Shown one piece after another: positions 20,101 through 28,987 of a stretch of 64,000 nucleotides of DNA (positions are counted from its first letter, which is position 1; every line of letters begins with the position of its first letter). A program made the position numbers and the translations under genes. Source of the DNA: Bdellovibrionota bacterium (GTDB lineage: Bacteria > Bdellovibrionota > Bdellovibrionia > Bdellovibrionales > Bdellovibrionaceae); assembly GCA_052034855.1 (NCBI GenBank), contig JBPOIE010000023.1, positions 13,534 through 77,533 on the forward strand, in the 5' to 3' direction. A model generated the notes under the pieces. The model saw only the letters and a list, made by a program, of their open reading frames with translations, was not told the DNA's origin and searched no databases.

Positions 20101-20324
20101 TCCACAGTTGTTAAAACGTCTTCGAGAGGTTCTACAACATTCGTTTCAATAATTTCAGGAGATGCACCAGATAAGCCAACAGAAACATTCACTGTTGGAA
20201 AATCCACGTCTGGAAATTGACTAATTCCTAATCTTGAAAAACTAATTGCGCCAAAGATCATGAAAAAGCCCATGATCATCCATGCCATAACCGGATTTTT
20301 GATTGAAACATCTGAAATACGCAT
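17160..20324 (-). CDS. RND efflux transporter, AcrB/AcrD/AcrF family
   Basis: 1054 aa; QFPDVDFPTV, proton-relay GIVVDDAIMVLEN and GIVKKNSILLVEF, RLRPILMTS; GGAG SD. Confidence 0.95.
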   Translation of the reverse strand: MRISDVSIKNPVMAWMIMGFFMIFGAISFSRLGISQFPDVDFPTVNVSVGLSGASPEIIETNVVEPLEDVLTTVEGIKSLDSSSRSGRGNVSIEFDLDRSIDAALQEVQTKVSQAQRRLPKDIDPPVISKSNPDDQPILWLGVVSKAASDPKLSVNEQKNARRELMKYTQEYLKDQITTVTGVGDVTLGGFSDPVLRVQVQPEKLKKFNVTILDVIEAIKSEHAELPGGQVDNAKLVYNVRVKGEASTLADFQKIIISRRAGQSVADPSQRVRLTDVAKVELDLADSKQISRFNGQISVGMGVKKQRGTNAVAVARAVKDRMAQLQKNLPPGFEFKVNFDSTLFIERSIAELNKHLLLAVLLTAFVCWVFLGSFSATVNVLLSIPTSILGTFIALYFLGFTLNTFTLLGLTLAIGIVVDDAIMVLENIFRYKEKGRNQIESAIIGSREITFAALAATAAVIAIFLPVVFMKGIIGKFFLQFGITISFAVFLSLIESLTITPMRCASFVSHSERTTKVGLWFDRVFNQFQKFYSRQLNWCLNHIALTVVLAFVVMFASFGLMRFIPKEFTPAQESGLLMARMQMKTGTAFTETNEKAVLVEKWLMQNPNVLQVFSSIGGGFGGGSDANTAMMFISLKPKKERPNSQDEFSKSARDEIKKLIGNGRISLQDPTSRGFGGGGRGFPIEFAMKGPDWNALSDQAEQMMETMKSSGLMVDVDSNMLTGLPEIQIIPNREKSASSGITISTVAQTINAMISGVVAGQYADGGKRYDIRVDLEKTTDQTKSLENILVSNVKGNFLPLSSIVQFEKQKTLQQINRSNRQRTISLYANIEKGVKAEKAKAFIEESKQKVLKPGYIIENNGSSQSQTEAFSGLVIALVLGLVVAYMILASQFNSFLDPVTILMALPFSIGGAFMGLLITGQTLNIYSMIGVLLLMGIVKKNSILLVEFANQVRDQQSISATEAMKLAGAVRLRPILMTSFATVAGAIPTAIATGEGAELTRSMAITLISGVLVSTFLTLVVIPAIYVVFDKFKTQQKNQLAVKLAFENAGQEGL

Positions 20325-20350
20325 TTAGTCTCCTAATGAAGAATTGATAG

Positions 20351-21784
20351 GTGTACAGAATGAAAGCTTATATTTTTTTTATCTCGTTTGCAATTTTATC
20401 AATAACACGCACAGCGCTAGCAAACACGACGACCAACTCTGTTGTTTTAAATTCGCAAAGTGTTTTGGACATCTATAAAAAACAAAGCATAAAACCAAAA
20501 GAACTTGAAAACACTTTATACAGCAGCCAGCTGATTTATGAAACTTTAGATTTGAAATACAAGTTTATCACATCGATCGATGTGTCACGTGCCACAGATC
20601 ACACAGACTCAACATCAACAGGTTTACAACAAAATAACGACACAAATAAATACTCGTGGCTGACGACAAAACGGTATTTAACAGGAACAACTCTTGGATT
20701 AGAATTAACGCATTTGGATAACGCACTTGGAACGATGTCATCCACAACGGGACGAACAGATACAAATCAAAATTACTTTACAGTCAGCGTTGATCAGCCG
20801 ATTTATCCGAATTTTATGGGCTCACAAGAACAGTCCACGTATGCTTCAGCGGCACAGGATTACGAACTAAAAAAAATCCAAACTGATTTTGACCAGCTAA
20901 CAGCGCAAAAAGATCTGCTGAAACTTTTCTGGAAAACAAAAGCCTTGGCTCAATCTGTTGAAGAAAATACCAAGCTGATTAACGAGTACGATCGACTGGC
21001 CAAAAAAGTTCAACAAAAACAATCGAATCAGTTTGCGTCCGCAGGTGAACTCGAACAAGCACTTTCTGAGTACGAAATACGAAAACAATCTCTGAAAGCA
21101 GATCAATCCTCTTTATCGCAAGCTCTCCTTGATTTAAAAACCAGTCTGAACTTGCCAACAGAGACTGAAATTAAATTTGATCTTAAATCCCCCGCATTTA
21201 CGGCCCCCGTATTTAAAACAACGACGACGACGGAATTGAAAAAATATAAGTATCAACAACTGAAATTACAATCCGTTGAAAACTTATCGACAGCAGTGAC
21301 AAATTCAAATCTGCCGCAATTCAGTGTCTATGGTAAATACACGCAATCTGGATTTGATCCGTCAAATTCAACGGCGCTGGACGAAGCAAAAGATGCAAAT
21401 TATCAAAAGTACGTCATCGGCGTAAAAATGGACTACACTTTCGATAACGAGAAATCAAAATTAGATGAAAAAATTAAAAAATTAAATCTGGATATCGAGC
21501 AATCGAAAACAAATCGTGCACCGCAAGATTTAATGGCGCAAATTGAATTAGCCCAAAAAGATTTATCAGCCAGTTTTGAAAATATCACTTCGAACAAAAA
21601 AATTCTTGAGTACCGCAAAAAAGCCGTCATCGATATTTCAAAAAACTATTTTCAAGGTCGCACTGACATCAGTTTTTTGATTGATGCTTATAACAAAAAG
21701 AATTTGGCCGAGATTAATTTGATTTCTTCGTATGGCGATTACGAAACAAAGAAAATTGATTACGAGATTTTGACTCTGCAATAA
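20351..21784 (+). CDS. TolC family outer membrane efflux channel
   Basis: Signal peptide, alternating beta-hairpin and long helical segments (PQFSVYGKY..YVIGVKMDYTF), YFQGRTDISFLIDA tail. Start GTG 20351 or ATG 20360. Confidence 0.75.
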   Translation: MYRMKAYIFFISFAILSITRTALANTTTNSVVLNSQSVLDIYKKQSIKPKELENTLYSSQLIYETLDLKYKFITSIDVSRATDHTDSTSTGLQQNNDTNKYSWLTTKRYLTGTTLGLELTHLDNALGTMSSTTGRTDTNQNYFTVSVDQPIYPNFMGSQEQSTYASAAQDYELKKIQTDFDQLTAQKDLLKLFWKTKALAQSVEENTKLINEYDRLAKKVQQKQSNQFASAGELEQALSEYEIRKQSLKADQSSLSQALLDLKTSLNLPTETEIKFDLKSPAFTAPVFKTTTTTELKKYKYQQLKLQSVENLSTAVTNSNLPQFSVYGKYTQSGFDPSNSTALDEAKDANYQKYVIGVKMDYTFDNEKSKLDEKIKKLNLDIEQSKTNRAPQDLMAQIELAQKDLSASFENITSNKKILEYRKKAVIDISKNYFQGRTDISFLIDAYNKKNLAEINLISSYGDYETKKIDYEILTLQ

Positions 21785-21793
21785 GGCTAAAAA

Positions 21794-22570
21794 CTATCTG
21801 CCTTTAAATGCCTTCGAAACTCCAAAGTTAAACAGACTCTTAAAATGTGTCGCTGTTTTAAAAGCGATCCCTGTTGTTCCTACAGGCTCTAAATGCGTTT
21901 GATCTGATTCGATCGCAGATATAATTCTTAAGGCATATTCATCAGGACTGATCGAATCTTTAGGGACTTCGATATTTTTTGAATACAATTTATCGATTTC
22001 ATCGAACATGCGGGTTTTGATTCCTGGAGTGAACAAACAAAGTGTAGAAACCCCTGTTCCTTTTAGTTCTTGCTCTAAGCAATCTGTAAATGCCCATACT
22101 GCAGCTTTCGAAGCTGCATAGGTTGATGCACTTGGAAAATGCATCACGGCCGAAACACTCGAATGATTGATAATTTTTCCGTGTTTCTGCTGAACCATTT
22201 TCGGAACCACAGTATGAGTTAATTGGATTAACGCATTCACGTTCACTTGTAACATTTGATAAATATCATCAATTTTTTGTTCATCCAATAATCCGCCGGT
22301 TAACAGCCCTGCATTATTAAACAAAATATCAATTTTATGATTTTGAATTTTTTGAATCAAACTTTCAACACCAGAGCGTGTTGATAAATCAGATTCTATG
22401 ATTTCAACCGATAAGGCTCCCAATGATTTTAACTCTTGAATCAAGTTGTCATCATTTTTTCGGATCGCTAATAAAAGATGTGTTTTTCTTTTCGCACAGG
22501 CCTTGGCAAAACCTAAACCAATACCACGATTCGCACCTGTGATTAAAATATTTTGATTTTCTATTTTCAT
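21794..22570 (-). CDS. Short-chain dehydrogenase/reductase
   Basis: TGANRGIG, NNAG, catalytic YAASK. Confidence 0.92.
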   Translation of the reverse strand: MKIENQNILITGANRGIGLGFAKACAKRKTHLLLAIRKNDDNLIQELKSLGALSVEIIESDLSTRSGVESLIQKIQNHKIDILFNNAGLLTGGLLDEQKIDDIYQMLQVNVNALIQLTHTVVPKMVQQKHGKIINHSSVSAVMHFPSASTYAASKAAVWAFTDCLEQELKGTGVSTLCLFTPGIKTRMFDEIDKLYSKNIEVPKDSISPDEYALRIISAIESDQTHLEPVGTTGIAFKTATHFKSLFNFGVSKAFKGR

Positions 22571-23307
22571 GATTTTCCCCAGGCCTTTAAAAGCTCTGAT
22601 TCTTCTGAACTGGAAGTCACTTTTTTAAATTTTACGCCAGGACGGCCCTTAACGGCCGCTTCGCATTCCTTCCAGGTTGTGTATTTTGTAACTTGATTAT
22701 TGATCAGACTTAAGTACCAGGTTTCTTTTTTTTCTGTTGAGCTACTTCCTACAGATTTCATGTCAGGAAGCGCTTCTTCTGTCGGAAGTTGTGTAATATC
22801 AAATAAATAATTTGCGACAGATCCTGAATACAATTCAACAGATTGACGTTTTGAAAGGGCAACACCGATTTCATCACAGCGCTCATTGCCGTGAATTCCC
22901 TTGTGACCGCGGATAAAGCTCCATTTTATTTTTATTGGATAGGCTTTTGAAATTTGAAAGAGCAAACGATCCATCACTTGCCACAGATCTTGATTGGTCA
23001 CATCTTTTCCGTCGGCTGTTTTCCAACCTCGTTTTTTCCAACCAAATAACCATTGTGTAGAGCCGCGAATGACATAAACCGAATCTGTAAAAATCTGAAG
23101 AGAGGCTACCGCTTGATAACGTTCTAAACAAAACTGCAAACCAGAAATCACAGCTTGCATTTCCATACGATTATTCGTGGTTTGCGGATAAAACTCACCT
23201 AACTCTGTCACCGTATTAAAATCAGTTACGATACTGCCGTATCCTCCGGGACCAGGATTTCCAGAGCACGCACCGTCTGTATAGATTAAAATGTTTTCTG
23301 AATTCAT
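22567..23307 (-). CDS. rnhA: Ribonuclease HI with C-terminal hybrid-binding (caulimovirus viroplasmin-like) domain
   Basis: YTDGACSGNPGPGG, TNNRMEM, TDSVYV, GHKGIHGNERCD; tail YTTWKECEAAVKGRPGVKFKKV resembles the hybrid-binding domain. Confidence 0.9.
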   Translation of the reverse strand: MNSENILIYTDGACSGNPGPGGYGSIVTDFNTVTELGEFYPQTTNNRMEMQAVISGLQFCLERYQAVASLQIFTDSVYVIRGSTQWLFGWKKRGWKTADGKDVTNQDLWQVMDRLLFQISKAYPIKIKWSFIRGHKGIHGNERCDEIGVALSKRQSVELYSGSVANYLFDITQLPTEEALPDMKSVGSSSTEKKETWYLSLINNQVTKYTTWKECEAAVKGRPGVKFKKVTSSSEESELLKAWGKS

Positions 23308-23480
23308 AAGTTTTAAGTATGTTTCAAACTGTCAAACTGATCAACACCTAGGAAATATATTCATAAAACTATGTTATTTGATAAAAAAACAGTCTCTCAT
23401 ATTATGTTCTTGCGTCAAAATAGTCTTTTAAAATTAAGAGTTTAGCCCTGATCTGGTGTCAACTTAGATCATTTTACATG

Positions 23481-23496
23481 TGGTACAGGAATCGCA
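23481..23496 (+). promoter_or_regulatory. Putative sigma54 -24/-12 promoter (module 1)
   Basis: TGGTACAGGAATCGCA versus consensus TGGCACG-N4-TTGCW; GG and GC at exact spacing. Confidence 0.55.
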
Positions 23497-23511
23497 ATAG
23501 CCTTTTAAGTG

Positions 23512-23526
23512 GTCTCAGATTGAGAC
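23512..23526 (+). promoter_or_regulatory. Palindromic operator-like site GTCTCA-N3-TGAGAC (copy 1)
   Basis: Perfect inverted repeat 15 nt before the barrel start codon; variants at 27900 and 47311. Confidence 0.55.
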
Positions 23527-23541
23527 AGAAAGGCACCATCA

Positions 23542-24420
23542 ATGCTTAACGTGCAAAAAAACTTTAGGATTTTGGTTTTATGCTTAGCATCTTCGATAAC
23601 TGCTCTTGCAGCAGAGCCTTCGACGACAGCTGTCAGTACATCGCCACTGCCTCAGACCACATCAACGACGACGATAGCTACTCCAGTTTTAAATAACGAG
23701 ACCGCAAAGAAGTTCAGCTTAATCACCGGCCTTGAATATTCACAAAAAGTCGAAGTCGAAGAAAACACGGAACGCGAATCCAGCACAGATTTATCATTTA
23801 TGGCTACATATAAAATTAATGATCTTTATAATGTGTCGGCAAAAACAGCTTTAACACAAGAGAATAATGGCCCTAAAAATTCTTCGATATCTGATTCAAC
23901 AGTCGGTTTTACCGTTAAGGGTGTTAAAATCAACGATCAGTGGATCACGACACATGCGATGTCTTCGATTTTACCAACAAGCGAAACTAGTCAAGACCGT
24001 GATCGATTAAGAGCTGCGATTGCGATCACGAACGGAGTTTCGTATTCAGGCGATTTACTGAAAGCGAAGTACAGTTTAGGTCTGTCAAAAAACTTTCATG
24101 AGTTCGATCAAAATGCAGAAGGCACTTTCTTAAACGAATACCGTATCACAAACTTGATTAGTCTTATTGTAACAGTGTCGGACAAGTTTTCAGTATCAGT
24201 GTCTGGACTTTACCGCATCAGCTACACATACGACAAAATAGATCGTTACGGTTTTGGTACTTTTGGTGATCTAAACTATGCTTTTAAAGAAGATCTATTT
24301 ACAAATCTTGGCGTTTCAACAGAAGGCAACGCTTTGAAATCGAATGGTGTTGATTCCAATATCAACATTTATGACGACACAGCCTCTGTCGTTAGAGCTG
24401 GATTAACTTATGTTTATTAA
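23542..24420 (+). CDS. Predicted outer-membrane beta-barrel protein (module 1)
   Basis: Signal peptide ending ALA, Thr-rich linker, amphipathic beta-strands, C-terminal aromatic (AGLTYVY); C-terminus homologous to 27964..28935. Confidence 0.65.
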   Translation: MLNVQKNFRILVLCLASSITALAAEPSTTAVSTSPLPQTTSTTTIATPVLNNETAKKFSLITGLEYSQKVEVEENTERESSTDLSFMATYKINDLYNVSAKTALTQENNGPKNSSISDSTVGFTVKGVKINDQWITTHAMSSILPTSETSQDRDRLRAAIAITNGVSYSGDLLKAKYSLGLSKNFHEFDQNAEGTFLNEYRITNLISLIVTVSDKFSVSVSGLYRISYTYDKIDRYGFGTFGDLNYAFKEDLFTNLGVSTEGNALKSNGVDSNINIYDDTASVVRAGLTYVY

Positions 24421-24481
24421 AATTAAGAATTTAAAGAATAAGAAATTACAAAAAACGAACACTAAAAAGATTGAGGGGAAA

Positions 24482-27400
24482 ATGGTAACAAATTTTAACA
24501 AACAAAAAATAGTTCTCAGCCTGATGGCCGTAGGTCTTCTTGGGTTGGCCAGTTGTACGAAAAAAGTAGCGTACGAAGAAGTTGCAAAAATTCAGGAAAA
24601 AGAGAAAATTCTCTCGAAGTCTGTGATTGATACCAAATCAGAGTTTTTAATGGCAGCTTCTCAACAGCAGTCAAGCCGATCAGCAATTGATGCTTTTCCT
24701 TTCTTAGCAGGCGACAATAAACGCGTTAAAATCGAGATCGATAAAGATGTCATGCGTATTGTAGAGACCGAAAAAGACGAACGTTTTAAATCGAACGAAA
24801 CGAATACAAAACTTGTTTTAGAAATTCCTATTGAACATGTTCAGTACCGTTGCGCTAAAGATAAATATGGAAATTGTACGAATAAAGAAGAAGAAGCTGA
24901 CGATATTCCTTGGGATTCAAAAGATACAATGAAAATTAATTTTGGCGCAGCAAAATCGGGTCAACTTGATTTATTGCCTATAATGTCAAGTCAAACTGTC
25001 GGTGAAAACTGTTACGAAGAAGTCAGTTCTCGTTTAACAAAAGCTGATGTTGAAAAAGATGCGATCAACTTTCAAGTTCTACGAACGTTTAAAACTCGTT
25101 TGGAGTGTGTGACTGGTGAAGGAGCTTCATCATTCGCAGAAATCATTACTGATGCGACGATCAGCGCTGTGTACCACTATTCTTTAGTGAAAGTGGATTC
25201 AATTTTATCAAAAGACTATAAAACGATTTCATACCCTGTTTCATCTAAAGATGAGCAGACGTTTGGTTTTTTCAGCACGAGCCGTACTCAATTAGATACT
25301 GACAATAATAATACGGACAAAAGCACAATTCAAATCATGAATCGTTGGAATCCGAATCGTAAAGAAATCGTTTATTTTTTAAGTGATGAATTTGCGAAAC
25401 CTGAAAATAAAATGATCAAAGATTTAACTTATAAAACAGTTGATAATCTAAATAAAGGTCTTGAAATTTCTGGCGTTAATTTCAGAATTAATCTGAAAGA
25501 GCCCGCTGGAAAAATCCCAGGTGATATCCGTAACAGTATGATCGTTTTGGTTGAAGATCCAGTTGCTGCAAGTGTGATCGGATACGGTCCACAAACTGAA
25601 GATCCTAAAACAGGCGAGATCATTTCTGCACGAACTGTGATGTTTTTAGGAACAATTAAAAAATTCGTTCAATACACGTACAATGATATTCTTTTACAAA
25701 AGAAAAATGCCAAACTTGAAGCAGCCAAAGTTGCTAAAACTTTGATGCCGTCTTTATCATTATCTCCAAATATCGTTGCTATCACAGAAGCCAAAAAGAA
25801 AACAGGCCGTGCATTTAGTTTAGCGAAATTAAATGAATCAGTTTCTGCTCAGGTAGGAAAGGGCGCAAAATCAAAGGAATCAATCAAATCAGCTCCTTCG
25901 ATTGGTTTAGGTTTACAAAAATCTAAAATCGAAAAAGCTTTAAAGAATTACACAGCTCAACGTAACGAGGAATTTTCAGGAACTGATTTAAAATCAAAAG
26001 TGAAATACCTTCATTTAGCAAAAAACTGTGCTTTTTCTCCGAACAAAGAATCTATTGCTGGAGAAATCAGTCAAAAGTTAGCAGATCAATTTCCTGATGA
26101 TGCCAAAGACTGGCATGATCTTTCAGCTGAAGAAAAAGAACAGGTGATCGCCATCATTTTACCTGAAATTTGGGTACCTACTTTAATTCATGAAATGGGT
26201 CACAATTTAGGCTTACGTCATAATTTCCAAGGTTCTGAAGATAAAGCGAACTTTTACTCGACAGACGAACTTGCACAAAACGGAATTGAACATAAAGTGG
26301 TTTCATCATCAGTGATGGAATATATCGAGGACCTCAAGGCATTACCAATTTTAGGTAAATACGATATCGCAGCCTTAAAGTTTGGATATTTGCGTGAAGT
26401 TGAAGTTAAGAAAGCAGATGGCACAACTGAAATGGTGAAAATTCCTAATACTTTAGAAAAATTGTCAGCTGACTTTAAAGCAAACAGCTTAGAATTAAAA
26501 GACTACGGTTTTTGTACTGATGAGCACACTGGGATTAATGCTGGTTGTAAACGTTTCGACTTAGGAACTTCGTACACAGAAATCACTCAGAACTTAATCA
26601 AAGGCTACGAAGATGCTTACGAGCACCGAAACTTGCGTGATGGCCGTGCAAACATGAGCTTATTTGATGACTTAAGATATGCTTCACGTATCGGTGGAAT
26701 CTTTACTGAATTACGTATCATGATGGAAGTTCGTGAACGTATTAAGTACCGTTTTGGTCTTGATGATGCGGCTCCTGAATGGGACAGTATCGAATTTTTA
26801 AAAGATTTGAAAACAGCGACTTTATTAGGTGGTCAGTTTATGGCGAACGTGTTGTTAGTTCCGGATACAACATGTGCTGTGGCTTTAGCTTCTAAACCGA
26901 ATCAAATTATTGCGGTTGTGAACTTAAATCAAATTGATCCAGAAGCGATGTCATGTGCGAAAGCTCAATTAAATCCAAACTATTTAGTTGTTGGACAAGC
27001 TGGTAAATCATTTAACTCTAAAAAAGATCCTGAAAGCACAAATAACTATGCTGATCAAATTGATATGCGTGGTATTTGGATTGATAAATTAATGGCGACA
27101 CGAACTTTAATGAGCCGTCAAATCGGAATCCACAGCATGGATTTAAATGTTGATAGTTTCTTAAACGTTCCTGAATTACGTACTGGAATCTTAGACGCTG
27201 TTGGCGGATTATTAACAGATAACGTGGTTGCAAAAGTTCCATTTACTTTGAACGACGGATCTGTGGCTGAATTTGAAATTGGATATGACCTTTCAACAAC
27301 TCAAGTGATTGAAAAATCAATTCACCCAATGATTGCTCGTCGCTTTGGAATCAACGAAACTGGATCTACGCAATTACAACAAGTTGTTGCTGGTACATTG

Positions 27401-27808
27401 GCACGCAATGCCTACGATAAATCTGGTGCACACTCTGAAGATAACGTTTTATCTGATCTGGTTTCAGTTCACAGATTGAATGAAGTTTCAGATATTCAAC
27501 CAGGTGCAAAAGATCAGTTCGTGATGATCGACAATGCAAAATATATTGCGACAAAATCAAATGCATATGCTTTTGATGCTATTCAAAACATGACAATCTC
27601 GACGCAACTTGAAAAAGTAGCTCCAGAGAAAATCGGCGAAATTTTGGATGCTAAATTAGGTGGTCAGTTAACAACTCCGACAGACGCAACTGCCGAAGAA
27701 AAAGCGGTCTGGGCGATGTCAGCTGAGACTTTAGATGCTTACCTCAATCAAATGATCAAGCCGTCTAAATTCTATGAGCAATTACTACGAGTTTTACCCG
27801 GCGCTTAG
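24482..27808 (+). CDS. Large lipoprotein zinc metalloprotease, Met-zincin (EcxA/DUF4953-like)
   Basis: Lipobox LGLASC, HEMGHNLGLRH (HExxHxxGxxH), Met-turn SSVMEY. ATG 24482 has a GAGGGG SD and is preferred over 24410. Confidence 0.85.
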   Translation: MVTNFNKQKIVLSLMAVGLLGLASCTKKVAYEEVAKIQEKEKILSKSVIDTKSEFLMAASQQQSSRSAIDAFPFLAGDNKRVKIEIDKDVMRIVETEKDERFKSNETNTKLVLEIPIEHVQYRCAKDKYGNCTNKEEEADDIPWDSKDTMKINFGAAKSGQLDLLPIMSSQTVGENCYEEVSSRLTKADVEKDAINFQVLRTFKTRLECVTGEGASSFAEIITDATISAVYHYSLVKVDSILSKDYKTISYPVSSKDEQTFGFFSTSRTQLDTDNNNTDKSTIQIMNRWNPNRKEIVYFLSDEFAKPENKMIKDLTYKTVDNLNKGLEISGVNFRINLKEPAGKIPGDIRNSMIVLVEDPVAASVIGYGPQTEDPKTGEIISARTVMFLGTIKKFVQYTYNDILLQKKNAKLEAAKVAKTLMPSLSLSPNIVAITEAKKKTGRAFSLAKLNESVSAQVGKGAKSKESIKSAPSIGLGLQKSKIEKALKNYTAQRNEEFSGTDLKSKVKYLHLAKNCAFSPNKESIAGEISQKLADQFPDDAKDWHDLSAEEKEQVIAIILPEIWVPTLIHEMGHNLGLRHNFQGSEDKANFYSTDELAQNGIEHKVVSSSVMEYIEDLKALPILGKYDIAALKFGYLREVEVKKADGTTEMVKIPNTLEKLSADFKANSLELKDYGFCTDEHTGINAGCKRFDLGTSYTEITQNLIKGYEDAYEHRNLRDGRANMSLFDDLRYASRIGGIFTELRIMMEVRERIKYRFGLDDAAPEWDSIEFLKDLKTATLLGGQFMANVLLVPDTTCAVALASKPNQIIAVVNLNQIDPEAMSCAKAQLNPNYLVVGQAGKSFNSKKDPESTNNYADQIDMRGIWIDKLMATRTLMSRQIGIHSMDLNVDSFLNVPELRTGILDAVGGLLTDNVVAKVPFTLNDGSVAEFEIGYDLSTTQVIEKSIHPMIARRFGINETGSTQLQQVVAGTLARNAYDKSGAHSEDNVLSDLVSVHRLNEVSDIQPGAKDQFVMIDNAKYIATKSNAYAFDAIQNMTISTQLEKVAPEKIGEILDAKLGGQLTTPTDATAEEKAVWAMSAETLDAYLNQMIKPSKFYEQLLRVLPGA

Positions 27809-27835
27809 TTCTTAGATAAATTCTTGTTCTGATTC

Positions 27836-27868
27836 AAAGGGATCTCTGGAAACAGAGATCCCTTTTTT
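27836..27868 (+). terminator. Intrinsic terminator after protease 1
   Basis: AAAGGGATCTCTG-GAAA-CAGAGATCCCTTT followed by a T run. Confidence 0.9.
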
Positions 27869-27895
27869 CATTTAAAAATTCCAAAGCTCAAATAC

Positions 27896-27918
27896 GAGTG
27901 TCTTACTTTGAGACACTC
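27896..27918 (+). promoter_or_regulatory. Palindromic operator-like site (copy 2, extended)
   Basis: GAGT-GTCTTA-CTT-TGAGAC-ACTC: the same core as 23512 with one mismatch, plus 4 extra palindromic bp. Confidence 0.55.
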
Positions 27919-27935
27919 AGTTTGAAGAATCTTCA

Positions 27936-27951
27936 TGGCATGCTGATCGCA
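27936..27951 (+). promoter_or_regulatory. Putative sigma54 -24/-12 promoter (module 2)
   Basis: TGGCATGCTGATCGCA; same TCGCA -12 variant as module 1. Confidence 0.55.
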
Positions 27952-27963
27952 AATTACTAGCTT

Positions 27964-28935
27964 ATGATGAAGATAAAACAGCTTAAAGAAAACATATTAG
28001 GTTTAAAAACAAAAAGTCTGCAAAAAGTGACGTTTTTGGCAGTTTTTAATTTAACCTTAGTCAGTACAGCTTTTGGTACAAATCGTTCATTGGCTGCGGT
28101 AGTTGATCCTATTAAAGCTCAGCTTAAACAACAGCAAACTTATGATTATAAAATTCCTAATTTCATCAAAACAAAACCTGATTATACATTCAAAGCAACT
28201 GTTGAGGTTTCAAGAAGTACAAGTCTTTATGATTTTAAAGATGGTTCTCGTTCGGATAGTTTAGATCTTTTATTCTACCCTATTTTAAAAACGCCAGTTG
28301 GAACATTTAGCCTTAAAGAAACTTATTCTAAAAATTTAAATAATGAAGCTGATACGGCCAATGGTTTTTCCGATGCGACGATTTCATATGGTTTTGGCGC
28401 TAAAGACTGGGAGTGGTCGCCACCTTATGTTTTAACAATGTCGCCGTCAATTTCAGTCGTGGTTCCAATTTCAGATCTTTCAGTTAAAAAGAATCAATTA
28501 CAAACTGCTGTTGCAGGTGGATTAACTTTTGGAATTCGCCCTGATGGTTTAGCTGCAGAAAAAGCAGGATCTTGGAATGTGGCAATGGCCGTGACTGCGG
28601 GTCGCAGTTTTCACACATACGAAGAAGATATTAATGGTTCAGTACTCAATAAATACTCATCGAATCAAACTTTAAGCTTAGGTTATTCGATTTCAAATTG
28701 GAGTTTTGGCTTATATTATACAAATCGTTCACGTTGGACCTATCAAGGGAATATTAAACAATCCTTTGTTCTCAGCCAAGTAATATCATATTCATTCAAC
28801 GACAATTTTTACGCAACAGTAGGCCATAGTAACGATGCCGGATCGGTTTTAAAAGCCAACGGTTTTGAATCAAATATTCAAATCGTCGATGAGAACAATT
28901 CGGGAGTTTATTTAACTCTCGGAAGTACATTTTAA
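27964..28935 (+). CDS. Predicted outer-membrane beta-barrel protein (module 2)
   Basis: Signal-like N-terminus, amphipathic strands, terminal Phe (LTLGSTF). GSVLKANGFESNIQIVDE aligns with GNALKSNGVDSNINIYDD of barrel 1. Confidence 0.65.
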   Translation: MMKIKQLKENILGLKTKSLQKVTFLAVFNLTLVSTAFGTNRSLAAVVDPIKAQLKQQQTYDYKIPNFIKTKPDYTFKATVEVSRSTSLYDFKDGSRSDSLDLLFYPILKTPVGTFSLKETYSKNLNNEADTANGFSDATISYGFGAKDWEWSPPYVLTMSPSISVVVPISDLSVKKNQLQTAVAGGLTFGIRPDGLAAEKAGSWNVAMAVTAGRSFHTYEEDINGSVLNKYSSNQTLSLGYSISNWSFGLYYTNRSRWTYQGNIKQSFVLSQVISYSFNDNFYATVGHSNDAGSVLKANGFESNIQIVDENNSGVYLTLGSTF

Positions 28936-28987
28936 TTTAATTGAATTTATTTAAAGAACGAATTTAAAAAAGAAGAGGGAGACACAG

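Noticed and set aside
24410-24481. Extended start of protease 1 at 24410
   Set aside because: Lys-rich AT spacer overlapping the barrel stop; ATG 24482 has an SD and gives a normal lipoprotein signal.
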